A stretch of DNA of 44,396 nt from positions 85,984,766 to 86,029,161 of the forward strand of contig NC_068988.1 of the NCBI RefSeq assembly GCF_001194135.2, given 5' to 3'. Position 1 is the first letter of the stretch, and every line of letters starts with the position of its first letter. The notes beneath the pieces are model-generated. The model did no database searches and was not told where the DNA came from. It saw nothing but the letters and a program-made list of their open reading frames with translations. The stretch comes from Octopus bimaculoides (lineage: Eukaryota). The translations under genes and the position numbers were made by a program. Positions 23,345-35,963 of the stretch are shown one piece after another.

Positions 23345-24243
23345 TTTCTATTTTTGTTTTATTTCTTTCAGTTATTTGACTGCAACCATGCTGGAGCTTC
23401 GCCTTGAAGGGTTTTTTAGTCGAAGAAATCGACCCCAGGACTTATTCTTTGTAAGCCTAGTATTTATACTATCGGTCTCTTTGCCGAGCCGCTAAGTTAC
23501 GGGGATGTAAACACACCAACATCGGTTGTTAAATGATGGTGGGCGGGGGACAAACACAGAACCAAAGACACACACATGAATATATGCATATATATATATN
23601 NNNNNNNNNNNNNNNNNNNNNNNNNNNNNNNNNNNNNNNNNNNNNNNNNNNNNNNNNNNNNNNNNNNNNNNNNNNNNNNNNNNNNNNNNNNNNNNNNNNN
23701 NNNNNNNNNNNNNNNNNNNNNNNNNNNNNNNNNNNNNNNNNNNNNNNNNNNNNNNNNNNNNNNNNNNNNNNNNNNNNNNNNNNNNNNNNNNNNNNNNNNN
23801 NNNNNNNNNNNNNNNNNNNNNNNNNNNNNNNNNNNNNNNNNNNNNNNNNNNNNNNNNNNNNNNNNNNNNNNNNNNNNNNNNNNNNNNNNNNNNNNNNNNN
23901 NNNNNNNNNNNNNNNNNNNNNNNNNNNNNNNNNNNNNNNNNNNNNNNNNNNNNNNNNNNNNNNNNNNNNNNNNNNNNNNNNNNNNNNNNNNNNNNNNNNN
24001 NNNNNNNNNNNNNNNNNNNNNNNNNNNNNNNNNNNNNNNNNNNNNNNNNNNNNNNNNNNNNNNNNNNNNTATATATACAACGGGCTGGCTTCTTTTAGTT
24101 TCCGTCTGCAAAATCCACTCACAGTGCTTTCGTCGGCCCGAAGCTATAGTAGAAGACACTTGCCCAAGGTGTCACAAAGAGGGACTGAACCCGGAACCAT
24201 GTGGTTGTGAGGCAAGCTTCTTACTACACAGCCACACTTGCAC
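23345..24243 (-). mobile_element. SINE family A, full length, internal (TA)n spanning a 470-N gap
   Basis: 3' half at 23345-23580, 5' half at 24075-24243, same orientation, (TA)n on both gap edges. Confidence 0.85.
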
Positions 24244-24308
24244 GCTATATATATACATATATAAATATATATTGATGTATGGGTGAGTATGTGTGTAGAC
24301 AAACAGGC

Positions 24309-24368
<60 letters not shown>

Positions 24369-25080
24369 GCATACATACATGCATACATGCATACATACAT
24401 ACATACATACATACATGCATACATACATACATAATGTACAATTTGTATTTTAGGGTGTTAGATCTGTGAATTAAGGAATAGTGGAATTGTCAAAAGATGA
24501 GAGTTGAGGCATCTCGTAAATACTTTCATATAATAATGTAGAATTTATGTATTTTGATATTTTAGACGTGTGAACTCTGAAATAATGAAATTGTCAAACG
24601 ATGAGAAGCTGAGAGATTTTGTATAAATGTTGGACAGAGCCTCTAGTTTCAAGAATAATCTCTTTGAGAGAAGTTAAAGGATGAGAAATTTCTTATTAAA
24701 CGTGAATCTACAGACACATAACCACCAGCTGGAATAAGGAAGCTCCTTATCAGTAGCTGAAATCCAGGGACCTTATAAACTCACAAAATAGTTCAAGAAT
24801 ACTTCATAAGACCTTTAGGCGCGAATATTAACCTTAATTTATTTTGTTTATTTATTTATTTATTTATTTGTCTGTCAACACATATCAAGAACTTACGTCA
24901 AAGATAATTGGTAGGTAAAATTGTCTGTAGATGTTGAAGTAAAGTTCAGGAGATGCATTGAAAATGTTCTCCGGTCAACATATTATTCACCAGCGGTTTT
25001 GACTTTCAAGCTTAAACATTCCAGGTTCGTATTTGAGGAAATTTATCTGCTTCAAGCTCCTAATATGGGGAATAAGCTAG

Positions 25081-25514
25081 GGCGTCGAGTTGGCAGAATC
25101 GTTAGCACGACGGGCATAATTCTTAGCGGCATTTCGTCCGTCTTTATGTTCTGTGTTCAAATTCCGGTGAGGTCGACTTTGCCTTTCATCTTTTCGGGGT
25201 TGATAAATTAAGTATCAGTTGAGTACCGAGATCGACATAATCGACTTACCACCTCCCCCTTCCCTGGACGTGTGCCAAAATTTGAATCCAATATAAAGGA
25301 TAAAGTGGCGAGCAGGCAGAATCTTTTGCACGCCGAGCAAAATGCTTAGCGGTCTGTCGTTCGTCTTTACTTTCCGAGTTAAAATTCTACCGGCGTCGAC
25401 TTTGCCTTTCATCCTCTCGGAGTCGATAAAATTAGTACCAGTTGAGCACTGACTGGGGTCGATCTAATCGAATTGCTGACCTTGTGTCAAAAGTTGAAAT
25501 CAATATAAAGGATA
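25081..25514 (+). mobile_element. SINE family B, head-to-tail tandem pair
   Basis: Two units of about 212 bp (ggcgtcgagttggcagaatc... and gtggcgagcaggcagaatc...), each ending aatataaaggata (25290-25302 and 25502-25514). Confidence 0.87.
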
Positions 25515-26229
25515 NNNNNNNNNNNNNNNNNNNNNNNNNNNNNNNNNNNNNNNNNNNNNNNNNNNNNNNNNNNNNNNNNNNNNNNNNNNNNNNNNNNNNN
25601 NNNNNNNNNNNNNNNNNNNNNNNNNNNNNNNNNNNNNNNNNNNNNNNNNNNNNNNNNNNNNNNNNNNNNNNNNNNNNNNNNNNNNNNNNNNNNNNNNNNN
25701 NNNNNNNNNNNNNNNNNNNNNNNNNNNNNNNNNNNNNNNNNNNNNNNNNNNNNNNNNNNNNNNNNNNNNNNNNNNNNNNNNNNNNNNNNNNNNNNNNNNN
25801 NNNNNNNNNNNNNNNNNNNNNNNNNNNNNNNNNNNNNNNNNNNNNNNNNNNNNNNNNNNNNNNNNNNNNNNNNNNNNNNNNNNNNNNNNNNNNNNNNNNN
25901 NNNNNNNNNNNNNNNNNNNNNNNNNNNNNNNNNNNNNNNNNNNNNNNNNNNNNNNNNNNNNNNNNNNNNNNNNNNNNNNNNNNNNNNNNNNNNNNNNNNN
26001 NNNNNNNNNNNNNNNNNNNNNNNNNNNNNNNNNNNNNNNNNNNNNNNNNNNNNNNNNNNNNNNNNNNNNNNNNNNNNNNNNNNNNNNNNNNNNNNNNNNN
26101 NNNNNNNNNNNNNNNNNNNNNNNNNNNNNNNNNNNNNNNNNNNNNNNNNNNNNNNNNNNNNNNNNNNNNNNNNNNNNNNNNNNNNNNNNNNNGAAATATC
26201 TGCTTATATATCATATCAACTATGCAGTA

Positions 26230-26327
<98 letters not shown>

Positions 26328-26778
26328 AACACACACACACACATACACTCACACACATGCACGCATAGAATATATATAAAATTACACATAATTACATAGA
26401 TACATACACCAATATATGCATACATGCATATATACATACATGTGTGTGTATGTATGTATGTATGTATGTATGTATGTATGTATAATCATTACTAACAGGG
26501 TGGCACCTAAATTGATGCAAAGATTCAACGTGTTTATGAAGTTCATTCTTAAGCAACCAGCCAGAACATATTCATATAAATACATACACATATATACATA
26601 TTTATATATATGCACTTATATATACGTATATATATATATATACATACGCTCATTAAATTGGTTATCCATGTTGATTGAATAAACAACTGAAAACTTATTT
26701 GTTCACTAATAAAAGAAATGACGTTTCCTAATCTCTGTGTGTGTGTCTCTGTGTGTGTGTCTCTCTGTGTGTGTCTCT

Positions 26779-26857
<79 letters not shown>

Positions 26858-27113
26858 NNNNNNNNNNNNNNNNNNNNNNNNNNNNNNNNNNNNNNNNNNN
26901 NNNNNNNNNNNNNNNNNNNNNNNNNNNNNNNNNNNNNNNNNNNNNNNNNNNNNNNNNNNNNNNNNNNNNNNNNNNNNNNNNNNNNNNNNNNNNNNNNNNN
27001 NNNNNNNNNNNNNNNNNNNNNNNNNNNNNNNNNNNNNNNNNNNNNNNNNNNNNNNNNNNNNNNNNNNNNNNNNNNNNNNNNNNNNNNNNNNNNNNNNNNN
27101 NNNNTACATACAC

Positions 27114-27154
<41 letters not shown>

Positions 27155-27299
27155 CAAACAGACAGATACGTACATACATAAATACATACATACATACATA
27201 TGTACATACATACAAATATGTATATAACTATGAATGTATATATATATATAAGCTCATATACGCGCGCGCATGTGTGCGTGTGTATGTGCGTATGTGTGT

Positions 27300-27331
<32 letters not shown>

Positions 27332-27459
27332 ATGAACATGTAAAGGTTATGTATAAAATAATATAAACATATACACACACAGACACATGTGTATGTATGT
27401 GTATACATACATATGCACATACATGTATGTATACAGATATACATACAGATACGTGTGTG

Positions 27460-27490
<31 letters not shown>

Positions 27491-27939
27491 GTATACATAT
27501 AGACATACATGTATATATGTCCATACATATACACAGATATGTGTGTATGTATGTATATACATACATACATATATATATACATACATGTACGCATACACAT
27601 GTGAATACATACATATATGCATGCTATGTGTGCGTGTATGCATGTATGCTTGTGTGTGCATATACTTTCTTCTATAATTTCTTTCCACATATCTGCAATC
27701 GTGCTCTTCCCACCGCCAATTACCAGATTATTAACACCATCTTGTAATGACACTTCTTACATAACAGATAACATTCGCTTCTCTTCTACAAATATTTATT
27801 TGATTATTTATCTGTTTATTTTTCTTGCTTATAATGATGGATTATCTTTCTCGGCTATAAAGTTCATAGTTAACCTGGTTTCCCTACCGAAATTGTAGCA
27901 AGTGTTTGAGAAAATATTAGGTAATTATCACATACATAC

Positions 27940-28012
27940 CAACGTTTATAGTCGTCTGTGTGATGGCATCTTTCCTTTTTCTGTTTTGTGAAAAAGGTTG
28001 GATGACATCTTG
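27940..28012 (-). CDS. Candidate exon 3 of cluster (73 nt, phase 0-1)
   Basis: ctaatcattacgtcag| QDVIQPFSQNRKRKDAITQTTINV g|gtatgt. Confidence 0.45.
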
Positions 28013-28156
28013 CTGACGTAATGATTAGACAACACTTTTGTTGTTGATTTTGTCACTGTTGTTGATTTTATCACTGATGGGGTTCATGACCATCTTAACA
28101 GCATCACAGCCATCCGATCCACCGGCAAAGGAATACAGTGGTGCCATTACACTTAC

Positions 28157-28201
28157 CACCCAACGAGCAATTGGTGTCCTACATTGAAGGACATTCAGCA
28201 T
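28157..28201 (-). CDS. Candidate exon 2 of cluster (45 nt, phase 0-0)
   Basis: gatatttcag| MLNVLQCRTPIARWV |gtaagt; consensus acceptor and donor. Confidence 0.5.
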
Positions 28202-28563
28202 CTGAAATATCTTGGTTCTGGAGTACCTAACTACCCAGGAAAGTACAAGTTAAAATGCAAACAGTAACTGAAAATAAGTCTGCAGAGCTATATCTAGGAA
28301 TCATAATCTGGATGCAGCCTGTCCCCCCTTTGAGTGTAAAGAGTTAAGGGCCGAAATACTTGCAAGGTCCGAAGGTCCAAGACATTCTAATCGTGCTCAT
28401 CCTATCTTTTATTGTGTTTATATGGTGATGGTAGTGGTGGTAGGGTCGGTACTGTGTTACGATTGCTGTTGTTGTGTAGATCTAGAGCAGCTCTGATATA
28501 AACATAATGTGGGCTGATCGACGGGGCGCAGTTCAGAGATCCGCGCCTCTGGAAATGCCATAC

Positions 28564-28707
28564 CACTGTCTTGTTGAAGTCCATACTGAACATTCTGACA
28601 TGCAGTGCTTTATTGTACGTGATGCTGTGTTGCAGTTCGGACATATAATTCTCCACTGTCTCTGTTGTCGTCGTTAACGTTGCGTAGCCCAAGCCAACCC
28701 CGCAGAC
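28564..28707 (-). CDS. Candidate exon 1 of cluster (144 nt, phase 0-0)
   Basis: tttttcatgtgacatag| VCGVGLGYATLTTTTETVENYMSELQHSITYNKALHVRMFSMDFNKTV |gtatgg; GC visibly higher than the flanks. Confidence 0.5.
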
Positions 28708-30328
28708 CTATGTCACATGAAAAATACCTGCCCACCTCTGCCCTCTTTCCAGTATTCCAAATACTCTAAGATTCTACCTTAATGAAAACTATACTGTAAA
28801 GTCTGATGTGTAATGATAAACTGTACAGAGTACTGTGTGGTGGTCTGGTTTATTCATGCACATTAGTAACCAGCGCCAGAAGCCACATTGGATGAGGAAA
28901 GTAGATTCAAGCAAAGCTTGACTATTGATATTCACCTGCACTACAAAGTTCAGACGAAAAAAGAAAAAAAGATGGCCTGTTTTTAGCCAATTTTTATTTT
29001 ATCAATGAGTTTTTGTTTCTATTGTGTTTATACGTGTATAATATGGCGATAAATGTCATCTATCAAAGCAAACATATTGATGGGGAAAGTGTTTTAAACA
29101 CCAAAAGGAAAAGAAACCTATCGAATATATTTTGCTTCAAAATGTATTCATTTAGGAGACGGAAGATACTAACATTTCCGCCAATAGTACTGTTGTGAGC
29201 GGTCTTAGTGATGCGTATGGGAAAAAACATCTCATACACACATACACACGCAGAGACTTTATCAAACGAAATTAATGATAGAAATTTGAGCGGAGAAACA
29301 CTCTTCTAATGCAAGAGTGCTTTGTTATTACAACAGATAATCTTAAGCGCAGAACATTTTCATGAGAAACTACATGGCAACACTATATGACAAAACAGAT
29401 GATACCCACCTGAAGCTGTCACATATGCATGAAAGAGAAGAAAGGTGATCTACCTGTGTATAACCAAAGCAAAGAGGGAGTTCCTAGTGCTTTCAAAAAC
29501 AGTTAAAACTCACTGATAAATGAGAGTCAAATCTCTTTTATTGGACGGTGAAGAGGATATTTCACAATGTGTTATCGTCAAAGCTGGGAAAAGGACGAAC
29601 GCATAAGCTTTATCAGTCAAGTGTCGTTAGTATAACAGATGTTTTGTCCTCCATTTCGTTGAAATGCTGAGCGTTACATACGTATATGATAAAAGTAATG
29701 TTATAATTTCTTTTTTTTACTTATCCATGTAATTTTCCAAACATTTTTATCCATTTATTGCATATTTTCGTTCATCACAGAAGAACAAAAAGATCACAAT
29801 TCTTATACACTCTCACAATCATAGCTACGCGTATGCACACGTTAGGCATATACATTTATGTTCGTACAAGGGATTATCAATCCGGGCAAAAAACTTCATA
29901 AGCTCTCTCTGTTGGCACATCAGGTTAACAATACTACTTAGATTAGTGAAGAACTCCATGTAATCTTGTGGTAGGGTCCAAGGTTATGGTCCATCACAAT
30001 TCTATATTGTAAATCCGTAGATGGGCACCAAGCAAACTGGTTTTTACACAGAGCGATAGATAAGAAACAACCAGAAATGGCTCTGATAAAAGTAGCATTA
30101 ATTTTCTTTGGTCGTTCAATTTTCCTGAACTGATCAATTGAGTCAACTTATTAGTAATGTACCCATAATGATTGCTGGAAACAGGTGTAAGCCAAATTTG
30201 GTCCACTGAAGTTAAAACATGTAATGACCATTATTTTTAACTTGTTTCATCTCTCCTCTTACTATATGTGTGTATGTGTGTGTGTATGTGTGTGTGTGCG
30301 TGTGTGTGTGTATGCGTGTGTGTGTGTG

Positions 30329-30369
<41 letters not shown>

Positions 30370-30649
30370 ATACATTTATAAAATCATTGAAGTACATAAT
30401 CACTATGAAAGAATATGAAAAACATAAATGCTTCATAAATACATGAATAAAAGGCTTGACGGTCACACGCAAGTGAGCATTATCTTGTTGGTTGTGCCAC
30501 ATTTTCGTTCGCAGTTTTAGGCGGCTGGGTTGTTGCAAGCAGACATAGATACTCTCTCATCTCTCCTACCCTTGGCCCAACGTAAAATTCAGAGTGTAAC
30601 AACTAGAAATAGACGTGATGCTGCACTAACAGGCGATTGATATTCCCTT

Positions 30650-30768
30650 TCAGTTGAATAAGCTGAAGCAACGTAAAATGAACGGCCTCACTCAAAGACA
30701 CAACGTGCCACCAGTGGAATCGAACCCATGACCTTATGGTCGTGAGCGTAACATCTGAACCATCTGGC
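30650..30768 (-). mobile_element. SINE family C, partial
   Basis: Minus strand: tRNA-like head gatggttcagatgttacgctcacgaccataaggtcatgggttcgattcc, then gttgtgtctttgag..., similar to 33513-33836. Confidence 0.65.
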
Positions 30769-31235
30769 ATGTATCTACAACCATAAATACATACATACAT
30801 ACATAATACATACATGCATACATGTGTATGTGACTTTCATCTTCAATGTTCCTGCCGTAAAGCTTTCACTTCCACACACGCCAGCTTAATTCAATTCGTC
30901 CTGTTGTTTGTATTTGTAATTGTGTACCATTTCTCCGTTTTCTTTTTTCTTTTCGTCCTTGTTTTCATATAACATTCGTGTGCTTTCTTCCAAAGAATCT
31001 AGTTCTCTTAGCTTAGATTTTCTTGAGGCCGGCCAGATTAGAGCGGTCTCGAGATTAACCGGCCGAAACTGCAAAGACGATCTACTTCTCGACTGAAGAT
31101 TGAAAGTTCCGAATGTCCCGTCCTTGTTTTGCCTGTCCTTTTTTGTATCACCTACTGTCCGAATGTTTTATTGTCGTCTGATACGTTCTTGTTCCATTTT
31201 TTGTTTTGATTGTATATATATATACATATATATAT

Positions 31236-32512
31236 AAGTTTGGTGCAAAAGTAATGTCCGATTTCTAGAAAAAAATGTTTCAGAGCGAATTTATCAAATT
31301 TTTAACCTCTTCTTATAGTTTTAAGATATCTTTGTGTCTAATTTGTACTATTTTCTTTCCGATTATCTAACTTCTGGCCATGATTCTCAGAAAACTTTAC
31401 CACCATGTTTGTCCCATCTAAAGATTACATAAATGTTTTACTCTACGAGTTTCATAAAGGTGTTAATGCAAGTGCGGCAGCAAGATCTATTCAGGGCACT
31501 TATGGGGATGATGTAGTGAATAAAAGAAGTTGCAGGAGGTGGTTTTCCCGTTTCCGAAGTGGTGATTTCACTTTGAAAGAAGAGCCAAAAGAGGGTCATC
31601 CAAAAAAACTTGATTCCAAAATGTTGGAAGCCCTTGTTTCAGAGAACCATACCGTTACCACTAGGGAACTTGCAGAACAGTTAAACGTGGCCCATACAAC
31701 CGTGGTACGCCAGCTAAAACACATTGGAAAGATTTCAGTGGCTGGAAAATGGGTCCTTCACGAGCTGTCTTCAGAGAGTCGACAACAGCGTGCTGCTTGT
31801 TATCAATCATTGCTTTCGTGACACTTTCAAGCAAGGTTTATAGACAGGTTTGTTACAGGTGATGTGAAGTGGATTCTTTACCATAATGTTAAACGCCACC
31901 GTTCTTGGATCAGTCGAGGAGGACGACCAGTTCAACAACCGAGAGCAGGACTTCATCCAAAGAAGACCATGTTGAGTGTATGGTGGGATACTAAAGGAAT
32001 AATCCATTATGAACTGTTGGACAACAACCAAACAATTAATGCTAATCTTTACTGTGAGCAACTTCGTCGTTTGAAAACAGTTCTGAGCCAAAAGCGAGCA
32101 TCCTTGGTTAACAGAAAGGGTATCATCTTCCATCACGATAATGCTCGTCCTCACACAGTTCGACTGACCAAATCTCTCTTGGAAGAACTCGGTTGGGTAA
32201 TACTGTCTCATCTTCCATATTCTCCTCACCTTTCTCCTTCTGATTCCCATCTGTTCCCAGGACTACAGAACCATTTTGATGGACTTAGGTTAACAACAAG
32301 AGAAGAGATTGAAAACGAGTTGGATTCATATTTTGGTTCTAAACCTACAGAATTTTACAAGCGAGGCATTTATAAGGTTGTTGAAAGATGGAATGAGGAC
32401 ATTGAAAGCAATGGAGAATATGTTAATGAATAAACATTTCCATAGTCATTGGCTTATTCACTTTTTTTTACCTTAGATCTTTAAATCGAACATTACTTTT
32501 GCATCAACTTGA
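31236..32512 (+). mobile_element. Full-length mariner element (about 1.28 kb), TA flanks
   Basis: TIRs aagtttggtgcaaaagtaatgtccgattt / aaatcgaacattacttttgcatcaactt; inserted in a TA-rich tract. Confidence 0.95.
31405..32433 (+). pseudogene. mariner DD34D transposase with one in-frame TGA (31819-31821)
   Basis: ORFs 31405-31821 and 31864-32433 are in the same frame. HTH region, WVLHEL (WVPHEL), TGDVKW, HHDNARPH, YSPHLSPSD; 34 residues between the second and third Asp. Confidence 0.93.
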
Positions 32513-32943
32513 TATATATACGTATGNNNNNNNNNNNNNNNNNNNNNNNNNNNNNNNNNNNNNNNNNNNNNNNNNNNNNNNNNNNNNNNNNNNNNNNGCA
32601 TAATAGCAGATATCAAGCATATGGGGTTATAAAACTACTAGAACAGAAACATAAAAGTTCGCGTGAAATCCACCTATGTGCATACACATGCATACATGCA
32701 CACATGAGCATTTACATATTCACATACACACATGCATGCACGCACATATACCCACACACATATATAAATGTATATATGCATATATATATCTGTCCATGTA
32801 AACATATGTATGCATATGTGCATACATTCACATGTAATACACATATATACATATACAGCATGCGCACAATCATAATTATCCATGACTAACCATATGTATA
32901 TACATGATATGTTTGTGTGTGTGTGTGTGTGTGTGTCTGTATG

Positions 32944-32980
<37 letters not shown>

Positions 32981-33512
32981 GGGTTTATATGATAGTGTAT
33001 AGAGGAATATATTATTCAAAAGAATTCCAACTCTGTCTGTTTTTTATGTTTTTATTTATATTCTTGTAAAATTAATGTGGAATATAGAATATAGAATAAA
33101 TGGTATATATAGTAAAATGAAATAAAGTATTGGATGTCTTATTGAATAAATGAAATATTGAATATTAAATATTAAATATTGAAGGACTAGTATACTTTCC
33201 TGCTTTCTAGCAATCTTCAAGGTCCCATATATATATAAACACACTTATACTTACGTATGCATACACATAGGAACATACATTTATATGAAGGAATCCTCAT
33301 ACATATATACTCACAATAAGAATCATAAAATGCGTAACATGATTCAGGGCATAGAATTTTAAATATATATGTTTTAGTAGGGTATATAAGTTTCAAACAT
33401 GAAACGCAGAACTTGAAGTGTCGGCTGCAAGTTCCGAGGGCAGGGCTCAAGATATGTAGGAAGGGAAGGTCGATGATATGACGTTTTGTTTTCAAAGTTT
33501 TTCAGTACGTGT

Positions 33513-33836
33513 GAAGGCGCGTGGCTTAGTGGTTAGGGCATTCGGCTCGCGATTGTAAGGTCGTGAGTTCAATTCCCGGAGACGCGTTGTGTCCTTGAGC
33601 AAGACACTTTATTTCATGTTGCTCCACTCCACTCAGCTGGCAAAAATGAGTAGTACCTGTATTTCAAAGGGCTGGCCTTGTCACACTCTGTGCCACGCTG
33701 AATCTCCCCGAGAACTACGTTAAGGGTACACGTGTCTGTCGAGTGCTCAGCCACTTGCACGTTAATTTCACGAGCAAGCTGTTCCGTTGATCGTATCAGC
33801 TGGGACCCTCGTCATTGTAACCGACGGAGTGCTCCT
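33513..33836 (+). mobile_element. SINE family C, near full length
   Basis: A-box TGGCTTAGTGG, B-box GAGTTCAATTCC, core gttgtgtccttgagcaagacacttt...ctcagctggcaaaaatgagta. Confidence 0.85.
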
Positions 33837-34019
33837 TTCAGTACGTATTTGAGGCTATACAGACAGAAGTTCAGTTCCAATTTTTGGTTTAGTGTTGACC
33901 TGCAATGCAATTCTGCTGAAAAGATGATACAACACTTGTAGGAATATACATCCTGTGATATTAATTTCAGCGATTCCAGTTCTCCCTGAGTGCATTTGTA
34001 TCCTTGGTCTTTCTCCTGT

Positions 34020-34115
34020 AGTGGCGCGAAATTATAGCCGCCATTGAGGAAGTACTATTCTGCGCATAGGCAGGGGACTTCACCACCGGAAGCCCCTCGA
34101 GTTGCGCATGCGTAG
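34020..34115. promoter_or_regulatory. CpG-rich cluster of E2F-, YY1-, ETS- and NRF1-like motifs (possible promoter)
   Basis: TGGCGCGAAA at 34022-34031, GCCGCCATT at 34037-34045, CCGGAAG at 34086-34092, TGCGCATGCG at 34103-34112. Confidence 0.35.
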
Positions 34116-34968
34116 TAAAACTCGTACTTAAGCAGTTACTTTCATTATCTCAGGGAGTTGAGCTAGAGACCTTCTTCATGACAACACCTCACTCCTCCAC
34201 GAAGCACTTTTCACCATGATGCTATCGATGTGATAGCTACTTGCTTCTCTGGCAGGCATCAAGGAAGACCTTAACCTTCCCTTACCAAACTACAACTTAA
34301 TCAGCGGCGGCTAAGCAGAATGACAGGAATTGTGAAACCAAGCATCATCATAAATAAAACCTTTTTATTATGTTGTTAATTGTTCTGATGTCTCTTCATT
34401 TATAATGCTGTTGAAAGGTGATAGAGAGAGACTAAAGTCTCTATGACAACGATCAAACTTACTCCTATTTCAGTACATCATCGGTTTCTACGCCACGGTG
34501 TATATAAATCTTTCATATGACTCGCTGTGCTAGTCCGCTGTTGAAGCATCACCTGTCAATATACCTTTAAGAACATCTGATTACTAGAAACACGGTCGTG
34601 TCCCAAGGAGACATGTAGATTATATTATGTATTTATGTGTGCGTGCATGTGTGTGTGTGTGTATAGCATGCTTTTAATTTTCAGTGTCTTTTTGTTTTAG
34701 CTGTTCTTAGCTATTATTATATTATTGCCCTGAAGTAGATTTCTGTTAGCTCTTTCATTGAGCTCACTGTTAATCGCTTTGCACAAAATAAATATTTTTG
34801 TTATAATTGCGAAAAATTTGCCCCTCTAATTGCTATAAATAATCACATACAGACACGCACACTCACAAACACACATACATACGTAAGGCCGTTGAGTCAC
34901 TTTTGTAACTTTGCTTCCGAATATATACATCTATATATATATATATATATATATATATNNNNNNNNNN

Positions 34969-35008
<40 letters not shown>

Positions 35009-35929
35009 CCACACACACTCACACATATGCATGTTATAAATGCATACACATATATATTTATATGTAGGTATATGGATGGATGGATGGATGGATGGATGTA
35101 TGTGTGTATGTATGCATGCGGAGCGACGGAGTGAAAGAAAGAATGAAAGAGTTAGCAACTAAGAGGGAGAGAGGCGAGGGTGAACAAAATATGCAAATTG
35201 TTTTATTAACAAAAGATAATATTTTCATAAACTGAAAGTTTAGTTGGTGTTTATCAGATCAAAGCTTGTTGATTTCTTAAGGTGACGTGGGAATGTGCAC
35301 GGTTGCGTTTAAAAGTTTGACTCACTGAAATAATATTTTCGTTTCGACCACAGAATTTTTTTCTTTTTTTTTTTTCTTGAGATTCTGAAACAGCCGGTTT
35401 ATGTTGCTTTTGGGTCGTGTGGCATCTGGGTTTTATTTTCGTATTGTAACCAGGGCGTTGGAGAAATAAACTGATGCAGCATCTATTTACGACAAGATTG
35501 CGATCGTACAATAAAAATAACAAGCAAGAACGACAACAGCAGTAACAACGGATAGGAAGAACCCCTTTGTGGTCACTGGAGTCGCTAGAAATAGCAGACA
35601 AATCTCCCTGAAGCCACAACATACCAGCTAGAAAAGAAAAGGTTATACCATTTTCAGGTTCGGGTGAAGACATTGGCAATTTGGCAGTGCCGATGTGCAA
35701 CACACTTGTGGGTGTAACGTTCATGAAAGCGCTACGTTCTTGCTGGCACTACGTATTTGGGGTCACCAAGTCAAATGCTTCGGTTACATTTAATAAATTG
35801 CAAAATATACTTTATTTCTACGTTCGCAATTCTTAGTCTTAAAAAAGAAAAAAGAAATGTTGGAATTATAATTCTATGAACGACGAAAATCATTTTGTCC
35901 TGAGCGTCACGACCAGCATCTGGAGCAGC

Positions 35930-35935
<6 letters not shown>

Positions 35936-35963
<28 letters not shown>

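Noticed and set aside
26494-26735. acagggtggc, a Tc1-like terminus inside a microsatellite field
   Set aside because: No matching second TIR or transposase remnant found.
28040-28075. 18-bp direct repeat gttgttgatttt(g/a)tcact x2
   Set aside because: Only two units, consistent with ordinary slippage; not CRISPR-like.
31027-31070. GGCCGGC start suggesting an HDV-like ribozyme
   Set aside because: No P3/L3 motif and no GG for P1.1 after the P1 3' strand.
33513-33590. tRNA-like sequence (also the heads of families A and B)
   Set aside because: A and B boxes are present but no full cloverleaf; each runs into a SINE body, so these are SINE heads, not tRNA genes.
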